NCBI GenBank assembly: GCA_001002325.1
Contig: LCNZ01000006.1
Span: 66,130-108,491, forward strand
Source: Candidatus Amesbacteria bacterium GW2011_GWB1_47_19
Lineage (GTDB): Bacteria > Patescibacteriota > Microgenomatia > CAZETR01 > Amesbacteraceae
Reading direction: 5' to 3'
Length of the DNA stretch: 42,362 nt
Each line of letters begins with the position of its first letter. The stretch's first letter is position 1. Shown here piece by piece: positions 18,554 to 25,884 of this stretch. Under the pieces are notes generated by a model. That model saw only the letters and a program-made list of their open reading frames with translations. It was not told the origin of the DNA and ran no database searches. The position numbers and the translations under genes were made by a program.

Positions 18554-19969
18554 TTATTTTATAGATCTGATTTGATTAAGAATTAACTTAGACAATTCAT
18601 ATGATTTCCCAGCTCCGGAAACAATTACTATGTCTCCATTTTTACATTCTGAGGCAATATTTTTTGCGACTTCCCGGAATTCCGGAATGTATTTAGCTTT
18701 CTTGCCGATTTTTTTAACTAAATCTTCCGGTTTAACCTTACCTGGATCTTTTTCTCTACCAGCATAGGGTTTGGTTACGATAACTCTATAGGCCGGTTTT
18801 AATGCCGAGGCAAAGCCATTTATAAATATTTCTAAACGGGAAAACTGGTGCGGCTCAAATACCACCCAAATATTTCGCTTGGGAAATGCCTGTTTAGCTG
18901 CTTGCATGGTCGCTCCGACCGCAGTTGGGTGAACAGCGTAATCGTCAAAAACCTTTATCCCTTTCTCTTCGCCGGTTAAACTGAATCGTCGTTCTACTCC
19001 CGAAAATCTTTTGAAGGTCTCTCTGACACCGTCGGCTTTAATTCCTAGTTCTGCAGCACCAGCCCAAATTCCCATGGCGTTGGCGATATTATGTCTGCCG
19101 GGTATTTTCAAAACAAATTCTTCATCTGATCTCCCCCCTTTAACTCTGAACCGGCTATAGGTAGGGGCTAGCTTTATGATCTCACCCCGATATTCATCGG
19201 CAAAGGGAAATTTAAACTTACGTTTAAGGAAATACCCGATAACCTTAATTTTGTTATTAGCCAACCAGTCTGACATCTCACCTAGAAGCTCTTGGATTCC
19301 TAGACTTTGCTCGTTTACTATCAATATTTTTGGTCCGGTTAGTTTCCGGATAAGTTTATTAAATGAGCCGCGGAAATCTTCAAAATTCTTATAAAACTCG
19401 GGGTGATCCATCTCGATATTATTAATAATCAAAATCGAAGGTGAATAATTTAAAAAATTATAATTAAATTCATCCGCTTCGCAGACAAAATAACGTGATT
19501 TACCGATCCGTATTGTCTTCTTCCATTCGGGGACAATGGCTCCCACTTCCACAATTGGGTCCACACCCCCCGCTTCGAGGACTAAACCGGTTAGAGCGGT
19601 CGTGGTTGATTTTCCATGGGTTCCGGCAATGGCGATTACATACTTGTCTTTTTGCAGGTATCGGCCCATTAATTCTTGCCACGTCATTAAAATACCGCGT
19701 TTCCTGGCCTCAACCACTTCCGGGTTCTCATTACTTACATCGAAAATGGCCGGAGAAACCGCCAAGATATCCACGCCTTCCAGATGGGTTTTGTCATGTC
19801 CGAAGATGGGTTTGATTTTCTCATTAATTAAAAAATCAGTATAGTAAGTATGGGGAGACAAATCACACCCTGTCACTTTATAGCCTTCATGTTGAGCTAA
19901 AATTGCCACTCCTGCCAGCGCGCTGCCTCCTATCCCCATAAAATGGATGTGTTTTTTCTTTTGAGCCAC
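18554..19969 (-). CDS. murC: UDP-N-acetylmuramate--L-alanine ligase (MurC-type Mur ligase)
   Basis: 471 aa with a GTG start. The N-terminal HFMGIGGSALAGVAILAQHEGYKVTGCD is typical of MurC/Mpl, and the P-loop is AGTHGKSTTTAL. Mpl cannot be excluded by eye. Confidence 0.8.
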   Translation of the reverse strand: MAQKKKHIHFMGIGGSALAGVAILAQHEGYKVTGCDLSPHTYYTDFLINEKIKPIFGHDKTHLEGVDILAVSPAIFDVSNENPEVVEARKRGILMTWQELMGRYLQKDKYVIAIAGTHGKSTTTALTGLVLEAGGVDPIVEVGAIVPEWKKTIRIGKSRYFVCEADEFNYNFLNYSPSILIINNIEMDHPEFYKNFEDFRGSFNKLIRKLTGPKILIVNEQSLGIQELLGEMSDWLANNKIKVIGYFLKRKFKFPFADEYRGEIIKLAPTYSRFRVKGGRSDEEFVLKIPGRHNIANAMGIWAGAAELGIKADGVRETFKRFSGVERRFSLTGEEKGIKVFDDYAVHPTAVGATMQAAKQAFPKRNIWVVFEPHQFSRLEIFINGFASALKPAYRVIVTKPYAGREKDPGKVKPEDLVKKIGKKAKYIPEFREVAKNIASECKNGDIVIVSGAGKSYELSKLILNQIRSIK

Positions 19970-19971
19970 GA

Positions 19972-20610
19972 TTACCTTACTTTAGTCAGTGATAATAATA
20001 CACCATTTCTGGTTTTGAAAAGGTTTTCCGCATTCTCCAGCAAAAATATATCGCCGCATTTAATTTCATGGGTTTTGGAAAAACCCCAAAAGTTATTTAG
20101 ATCGGAGTTTAGCAAAAACATCCACAGAGTATGAATATTGCCTCCGTGAGTCACAACCAGGGCTTTTCCCTGTTTGTCTACTTCTATAATTTCCCTCAAC
20201 GCGTTTAAAGTTCTCTCTTGCAGCTGTTCCAGCGTTTCCCCGTCGGGAGGGGAAGTGGTTTTTGGATACTTTCCCCGCAAAGCAAACTCCTCTTTCCAGG
20301 TCCTTTTTATCTCCCCGGCTGTATAGCCGGTCCATTGGCCATGATTAACTTCACTTAGTTCATTGATTATTTCCAGAGGGCATCGACAGGCATCCTGGAT
20401 AATTCTCGCAGTCTCTATTGCTCTGGCATACGGGCTGGAATGAATTCTCACGATACCGGTCTTTGCAAATACTTCAGCTAGTTTATGAGCCTCGACCTCT
20501 CCGTTTCTGTTAAGTGAAGTTTCACTGCCCGAGTATCTCTTTTCTTCGCTGTCTTTGGTGGAGCCATGTCTGACCAGGAATAATGATAGTCTGTGATCAA
20601 ATCTTCCCAT
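19972..20610 (-). CDS. histidine phosphatase superfamily protein (phosphoglycerate-mutase-like)
   Basis: It has the LVRHGST (RHG) motif and a downstream VVTHGGNI His motif. It overlaps the upstream gene by 14 nt and ends 2 nt before the murC start. Confidence 0.8.
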   Translation of the reverse strand: MGRFDHRLSLFLVRHGSTKDSEEKRYSGSETSLNRNGEVEAHKLAEVFAKTGIVRIHSSPYARAIETARIIQDACRCPLEIINELSEVNHGQWTGYTAGEIKRTWKEEFALRGKYPKTTSPPDGETLEQLQERTLNALREIIEVDKQGKALVVTHGGNIHTLWMFLLNSDLNNFWGFSKTHEIKCGDIFLLENAENLFKTRNGVLLSLTKVR

Positions 20611-21358
20611 AAGCCATCAAGGCGGCAATAATTCTTGAAAATCCTATTCCGAAGCTGGTCTGGAAGACAAAGCTGTTCTTGTCATCACACCGCTTGACTT
20701 CGAAAGCTCTGGAAAACTTTTGCCCCAAAAAGTGGGTTGAAGCGATTTGATTTTTCGATCCGTCAGGCATTGGCAGATCAAACCCGTATGTAATTTCCGC
20801 TCCCGGACATCGGTCATCATCGGCACGTTTGACAAAATCGGCTTGCAGGTTAAATTTTTCCAGGAGTTTATTAATAATTCTCCTGTCTCTTTCTGTCTGA
20901 TCCAGACATTCTTTTTCAGACCGGAACGCGGTGTGGGCTTCGATCCACAAAAATTCTTTTTCTCTTAATAACGGGGAAATTTTCTTGTGTTCGGCCCGAA
21001 AAACGGTTCGTTGCTGGTAATATTTGAAGGGCAGGCTCAGGCCGTCCGCCAGCCAATTTTTAAAAGCCAGGCAGAAGATTGTTTCTGAAGAAATAGCCAG
21101 AGCCAATCTTTCTTTAAGTCTTTTTCCTCTTCCGGTTTCAGTAACCCAGTAAACAGCCGGCCTGAACCCCCGAATATGACTTACTTCTATACTGATTACC
21201 CCTTCCGGTATCAGGGTGGGAAACAGCACCGGTTGGTATCCGTCTTCCTCCAGCAACTCCGCGGCGATTTTTTCCACCCTTTTATAGACTTTAATAAATT
21301 CCGGTCGTCTGATAAAAAATCCCTCGATAGGATAACGGCTGTCGATTAAACCGTCCAT
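20597..21358 (-). CDS. class II aminoacyl-tRNA-synthetase catalytic-core paralog (archaeal/eukaryal-type ProRS-like) lacking an anticodon-binding domain
   Basis: The 253 aa track ProRS core landmarks closely, compared with ProRS sequence quoted from memory. These are LFPTLIPE, GFRPAVYWVT, LALAISSETIF (versus LALRPTSETI), VFRAE (motif 2), REKEFLWIEAHTAF, STHFLGQKFSRAFE and QTSFGIGFSRIIAALMAYG (motif 3). The ORF stops right after motif 3. Confidence 0.7.
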   Translation of the reverse strand: MDGLIDSRYPIEGFFIRRPEFIKVYKRVEKIAAELLEEDGYQPVLFPTLIPEGVISIEVSHIRGFRPAVYWVTETGRGKRLKERLALAISSETIFCLAFKNWLADGLSLPFKYYQQRTVFRAEHKKISPLLREKEFLWIEAHTAFRSEKECLDQTERDRRIINKLLEKFNLQADFVKRADDDRCPGAEITYGFDLPMPDGSKNQIASTHFLGQKFSRAFEVKRCDDKNSFVFQTSFGIGFSRIIAALMAYGKI

Positions 21359-22059
21359 AATTTTTTTGCCATCAGCTTCAGAAAAATCGTTAATTCGAAA
21401 ACCGGCAGATAAAGAATGGTTATTACTCCGATGAATCCGTCTTTATAACCTTTGCCTTTCACCAATCTGTATTTTACATCGTTTAGGCTTTTCAACAGCG
21501 GGCTGAGATCGACTTTGGTTCTTGTTTTTGCCAGGATGTCGGTTGCTCGCCAGTATTTTTTCCCCCATTCTCCAATGTCCCGGTGAGAGTAATGTTTCAG
21601 CGGTATTTCCAGCCTGCCAACTTCCTCGCTTTGGGGATGGAAGTTGACCTGGTCCCTTTTCATCAGCCGCAGTTGATAATCCGGATACCAGTTGCCATGT
21701 TTTAGTATTTTTCCCAAAACAATATTCTCTCTGGGGATAGCATAATAATTTCTCATGTTTTGTTTTACTGTCCTTTCTATCTCGTTCAAACTGCTTTTTG
21801 TCAGGCATTCATCGGCATCCAGAAATAGAATCCACTTTTTTGTCGCCTGGCCAGCCCCGAACATTCTTTGGTCAGTTAAATTGTCAAATTTTCTGTGTAC
21901 CAGTTTCTCCCGGGTCCGGCTGATCAGCCTGTCGATTCTGTCAGAACTGAAATCATCCACGATGATTGCCTCACCTAACTGAGCCACAGAGTCTAAACAT
22001 CTTTTCAAGCTTTCCGTTTCATCCTTGGCCAGGATAATGCAGGAAATATGATCTTTCAT
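21346..22059 (-). CDS. family 2 glycosyltransferase (WaaE/KdtX-like)
   Basis: It has ISCIILAKDE, FLDADE (DXD) and GNWYPDYQLRLMKRD motifs. ATG 22059 forms an ATGA overlap with the radical SAM stop. The track's alternative start is 22071. Confidence 0.8.
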   Translation of the reverse strand: MKDHISCIILAKDETESLKRCLDSVAQLGEAIIVDDFSSDRIDRLISRTREKLVHRKFDNLTDQRMFGAGQATKKWILFLDADECLTKSSLNEIERTVKQNMRNYYAIPRENIVLGKILKHGNWYPDYQLRLMKRDQVNFHPQSEEVGRLEIPLKHYSHRDIGEWGKKYWRATDILAKTRTKVDLSPLLKSLNDVKYRLVKGKGYKDGFIGVITILYLPVFELTIFLKLMAKKLWTV

Positions 22060-23180
22060 AAGAATTTCCAATGCGGGTCGGAGCAGGTTTGTTCACTAGT
22101 TTCTCCGGCCATATACTTTAATAATTCCTCGTTCATATGATCATGCCGGCAATAAGGGCATGCCACAGCGTTGATATTATTAACCGCTTCTGCCCTCTTT
22201 CCCCCCGTCAACACTTCTTTGAATGAAGAGCCGTTTAGATTTCCAAATGAATATTTCCCGTTGCCTGTTAAATAGAGGGCCACGCAGGGAAAAACATCAC
22301 CGCCAGCTGTTACCAGTCCGATTAGACTGTCGTAAACCACCGGGCAGCGATGATAATCTCTCACCTGCCAGGCAGTTTCATACCTCTCCCTTAAAAATGT
22401 TTTGTAATTGACTGCAATCCCTTTTTCTCTGGCCGTCTCCTCGATTTCTTCCGTCCAATTAATGAAAGTTCCCTGGGTGGTTGCTGTCTGGAAGTTGTCG
22501 GTTTGGACTAACGGGCGAAACATTACATAATCGACTCCCAAATTATGAGCCACTCCGATAAAATTTCTCAGATAGGTAAGCTGGTCATATCCGTCCTGGA
22601 CTATCATGCTTATTCCTAAAGTCGGGGCGCCATCAATCCTTTGGTCGGCGATTTTTTCAATGTTTCGGCACGCCCTGTCATAAGTCCCCGCCGGTGAAAA
22701 GTTTAATCTCCGATAACTTGTCTCGTCGGCGGCATTCAGGGAGAAGCGAATCCAGCGGCATTTTTGGTAAGCCTCTTCCAGCCTGGTATTCATGGCCACA
22801 CCGTTGGTGAGTATTCCGGTTTCGATCCCGCCGGCATTTAATTGTATAATAGCTTCAGGTAAATAAGGATGACAGCTAGGCTCGCCTCCTCCGGAGAACA
22901 CCACCGAGCGGGTCTTCTGTTCTGTCACCAACTCCTGCACCAGGTCGGAAAAAACCTGGACTGGCAAATCTCCGTTTAACCTTAGATTCCTATAAGCACA
23001 GAATCTACAGGAAAGATTACACCTGTCGGTTGGTTGAATTTCTAATGAAACTGGGAAATTTGAACTAACCTCATTTCTCTCCCACGATCTCTCAACCCTC
23101 TCCAGGTGTTTGAATATACGATTGCGATGACTGGTACGATGTGCAAAATCGTTCACTTTTTTCTCCGTCTCTATAGCCAT
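22056..23180 (-). CDS. radical SAM enzyme with a C-terminal Cys-rich (SPASM/twitch-like) extension
   Basis: It has CNLSCRFCAY (CX3CX2C), a GGGEP motif and C-terminal cysteines (CPVVYDS, GGDVFPC, CPYCRHDH). GGAGG lies 9 nt upstream of the ATG. Confidence 0.85.
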   Translation of the reverse strand: MAIETEKKVNDFAHRTSHRNRIFKHLERVERSWERNEVSSNFPVSLEIQPTDRCNLSCRFCAYRNLRLNGDLPVQVFSDLVQELVTEQKTRSVVFSGGGEPSCHPYLPEAIIQLNAGGIETGILTNGVAMNTRLEEAYQKCRWIRFSLNAADETSYRRLNFSPAGTYDRACRNIEKIADQRIDGAPTLGISMIVQDGYDQLTYLRNFIGVAHNLGVDYVMFRPLVQTDNFQTATTQGTFINWTEEIEETAREKGIAVNYKTFLRERYETAWQVRDYHRCPVVYDSLIGLVTAGGDVFPCVALYLTGNGKYSFGNLNGSSFKEVLTGGKRAEAVNNINAVACPYCRHDHMNEELLKYMAGETSEQTCSDPHWKFL

Positions 23181-23330
23181 GTCATTATGCCTCCAATTAT
23201 ACCATTCGATATCCTATAATTTTCCTAATGGTTACCGATGGTTATTAGGAACTAGATCAATGAGGCTGGAGGACAGCAGTACACTTTCTAATTGCTAAAT
23301 ATTGGCTATACTTAGCTCTAATTAGGGTAG

Positions 23331-23370
23331 TGGCATTTTTTGAAGTGCTAGTTAAATAGGGTACCACACA
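23331..23370. repeat. conserved 40-nt intergenic motif, copy 3 (upstream of the radical SAM operon)
   Basis: TGGCATTTTTTGAAGTGCTAGTTAAATAGGGTACCACACA. Confidence 0.85.
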
Positions 23371-23428
23371 AAATTCACTCTATGTTGCCCATTTTTAGTA
23401 TGTTTTCTTTAAGGATGGGCAAGTCCTT

Positions 23429-23713
23429 TTAGAGAACTTCCCACACCAAGCCCAGGTCTACAGCAAAATATTCATGGATGAGCCTGTTTCTCATGTCTGC
23501 AATATCCTGCCAGGGAATATTTGGATAGTCTTGCTTGAATTTATCTTCTAAGTTGGCAACTGCTTCACCAATAACTTCCAGTTTTCTGATAATTGCGTCT
23601 TGTTTTTCTTCGTCGATCATAAACCGTTCCTTTTCTAGCCCTTTGGAGTACTTTTCGACAGACTCAATACTTTGGAGAATGTGAGTTATCAGTATTTTGG
23701 GATCTTTTTTCAC
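23429..23713 (-). CDS. HepT (DUF86) toxin of a HepT/MNT type II/VII toxin-antitoxin pair
   Basis: 94 aa with the RNRLIHEY (RX4HXY) motif. It overlaps the upstream MNT gene by 4 nt. Confidence 0.85.
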   Translation of the reverse strand: MKKDPKILITHILQSIESVEKYSKGLEKERFMIDEEKQDAIIRKLEVIGEAVANLEDKFKQDYPNIPWQDIADMRNRLIHEYFAVDLGLVWEVL

Positions 23714-23955
23714 AATATTTGAACTTGATCTTTTAAGATATAGTCTTTGAGAAGCGGGGAAATAGAATTGTATGTCAAAAGATCAACTTTTTTGACTAGT
23801 ACGTTGCCTAGCTCCCTTTGCAGTCTGACTAAGTCTAGCAAACTTCGTCCTTTGGGCAATTCCACTAGGATATCGATATCACTGTCTTCCCGGTTATCTC
23901 CTCTGACGTAAGAGCCAAAAATTGAAGACCGAATTACACCCGCGTGCTGCAGCAC
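23710..23955 (-). CDS. MNT-type nucleotidyltransferase antitoxin, apparently truncated at the 5' end
   Basis: It has the GSYVRGDNREDSDIDILV (GSX10DXD) motif. The frame stays open upstream of GTG 23955 as LVHPILDDIKQKVTP. That stretch has no start codon and runs into the duplicated gene fragment, with a stop at 24004..24006. Confidence 0.75.
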   Translation of the reverse strand: MLQHAGVIRSSIFGSYVRGDNREDSDIDILVELPKGRSLLDLVRLQRELGNVLVKKVDLLTYNSISPLLKDYILKDQVQIL

Positions 23956-23984
23956 TGGAGTAACTTTCTGTTTTATGTCGTCAA

Positions 23985-24146
23985 GAATCGGGTGAACTAG
24001 ATATTAATGACAGTCAATTCAATACTGTTTTCATTTCCAAAGACACACATTTATGCTTTGAGTTGGAGCGAAAATCAAAAACCGGCTGGTGGAAAAAAAT
24101 ATTTGATGATGCTACCACGGCAATCTTTGTCCGCAAGTTTGTTTGA
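23985..24146 (+). pseudogene. orphan 3' fragment (51 codons plus TGA) duplicated from, or paralogous to, the 6049..7488 membrane-protein gene
   Basis: About 96% identical over 159 nt to 7318..7476. It reads SGELDINDSQFNTVFISKDTHLCFELERKSKTGWWKKIFDDATTAIFVRKFV followed by a stop. There is no 5' part or start codon. Confidence 0.85.
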
Positions 24147-24184
24147 GGGCAGCTAAGGTTGTCTTGTGAGGTTATAATGACCCG

Positions 24185-24553
24185 GTGAAAATAAAAATTC
24201 TCGTTGGTATATCACTGTTTATTTTTTTTGTGTCGGTAACCTCGATACTGACCGCTTCCATGGTGGTACGGAACAAAGGCCAGGTTATAGCCTCTGCCAC
24301 CCAACGCGAATTGTTGACGGCTGAAGTGGTAGTTAAACATAACAACCGGAATGACTGCTGGCTGATCATTTCGGGTAAAGTTTATAACCTGACTGACTAT
24401 CTCGTTCAACATCCGGGTGGAGTGAGCGCTGTGACCTCCTATTGCGGCCGGGGCGAAAGCCATTCCGGAATGACCAAAGCGTTATTGGAGGACCTGTTAA
24501 TCGGGATTCTGGAAACCAATATGATCGTTAAGCGATCTTTTCGACTTGCATGA
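24185..24553 (+). CDS. membrane-anchored cytochrome b5-like heme-binding domain protein
   Basis: GTG start, an N-terminal TM helix (ILVGISLFIFFVSVTSILTA) and the DCWLIISGKVYNLTDYLVQHPGG motif typical of cytochrome b5-like domains. Confidence 0.65.
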   Translation: MKIKILVGISLFIFFVSVTSILTASMVVRNKGQVIASATQRELLTAEVVVKHNNRNDCWLIISGKVYNLTDYLVQHPGGVSAVTSYCGRGESHSGMTKALLEDLLIGILETNMIVKRSFRLA

Positions 24554-24840
24554 AAAGACCAACACCAGGGTATCTAGATCACAACGTGAAGATGGCAGAT
24601 ATTGCAGTTAGGAGTTCAGGAGGAAGATCCCCTAAAGAAAACGCACGAGATATGGTAGCAGGGTGGGGACCAAGCAGCGGTTATCCAAATACAGATGAGT
24701 TTATTCAAGCATTTGCAGACTTGATTAGACTTAGGGAACAGGGTGTCCCCATAAAAATAATCCCGGACAATCCCGGAGGCAAAGAACCGGCAGATCCACT
24801 ATGTTACGCATGCAGAATGTGTAAAAAAGAATACAAGTAA
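24550..24840 (+). CDS. hypothetical protein
   Basis: 96-aa ORF whose start forms an ATGA overlap with the b5-like gene stop. No recognisable motif. Confidence 0.4.
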   Translation: MKRPTPGYLDHNVKMADIAVRSSGGRSPKENARDMVAGWGPSSGYPNTDEFIQAFADLIRLREQGVPIKIIPDNPGGKEPADPLCYACRMCKKEYK

Positions 24841-25321
24841 GGCGATTAATCCTAAGGCTATTCACACTCCCGGTGTATGAAGGCTAAGAGAACCTCGGGC
24901 AAGTAATTTTATTCTAATAATCTGGCTATTGTTGCATTCAATCTTGCAATTTGTTTTTTTCCAAATCGAAATCCACTTGGTGCCCAAATGGTTTATTAAT
25001 TGGTGAACAAGACAAGCCTGTAATTTTTACTCCTGGTGCTTGTTTTCTGACTTCCCTAATGAACCCTACTTTGATGACCACCATTATTTAATAAGGCTAT
25101 TTACTGGCGATAATCAACATGTGGCCGCTGGTGGCAAAGACAGCCGGATCGGTAAATGTTCAATCTGACGTACCGGCGGTAATTGTGTCAAAATATCTGG
25201 GGGCAACGTTACGCAAAGGAAATTATGAGGATAACGGGAGTTGGGAGGGGAAAATCAATTACTCCGTCGGGTGCAGGGAAATCAAGGTCGGAACCTCACA
25301 AGTACTTCCCAAAAAGCATTT

Positions 25322-25839
25322 TTACCATGGGAATGGCATCGACTTGAGTTCTCCAGCATCTTTACCCAGGATGTAGGGGTCATCCCAGGAAAGCCAGTCT
25401 ACATCTCTGGTGATTATTGATTTTCTTAAACTGAAGACAATTTCTGCAAATACAGTTAAATCGCGGCTTTTTATTTCGGGAAGAATTCTTTTGAGGTCGG
25501 CAGCTTTTAATACTAGATGACACCATGCAAAATCCAGATCAGCTCCAAACAGGACTTTTCCTGTTTTGGTGACAACAGATTCGGTCACCAGGTAATTTAC
25601 GGGGTGAGTCTTCCAGGCGGGGAAAATTCAAGTCCGGTTTCTTCAAATATTTCACGGGGTAAGGCATCAATTTCGCAATGTTTGGCCGCACCTCCCGGCA
25701 GTTCATACTCGTTCCGACTGACCGAATGCAGCAGCGGGATGTGAACGTGTGATTCATCGCCGATTATGATGAATTCGATAATTCCCACCGGCCTGATGAC
25801 GGTTTTGTTACCTTCCGGATCCGGAGTGGCTTCAATCAT
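25322..25839 (-). pseudogene. Nudix-like hydrolase split by a frameshift
   Basis: The upstream ORF has a degenerate Nudix box (LPGGAAKHCEIDALPREIFEETGL) and stops at 25597. The downstream frame opens about 30 nt earlier and continues to 25322. The overlap contains the run ttttccccgcc. Confidence 0.5.
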
Positions 25840-25884
25840 GTTTAGATTGTACCACCCGGAGATTCTATGAAGTATAAATAAACA

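Noticed and set aside
23196-23204. An extended -10 (TGGTATAAT) immediately upstream of the radical SAM gene.
   Set aside because: It ends 1 nt before the GGAGG Shine-Dalgarno sequence, so transcription from it would start downstream of the SD. The two signals are mutually incompatible and I cannot decide which is used.
7489-23984. An expectation of an integrase, transposase or tRNA gene at the edges of the bracketed segment.
   Set aside because: No ORF in the segment shows tyrosine or serine recombinase motifs or DDE motifs, and I found no tRNA-like sequence. The mobile-island interpretation therefore stays a hypothesis.
25119-25376. A plus-strand 85-aa ORF, and a minus-strand 48-codon ORF at 24938..25084 (MVVIKVGFIREVRKQ).
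   Set aside because: Neither has a motif, an RBS or coupling evidence. The 85-aa ORF overlaps the Nudix fragment. I treat both as possible chance ORFs in a decaying region.
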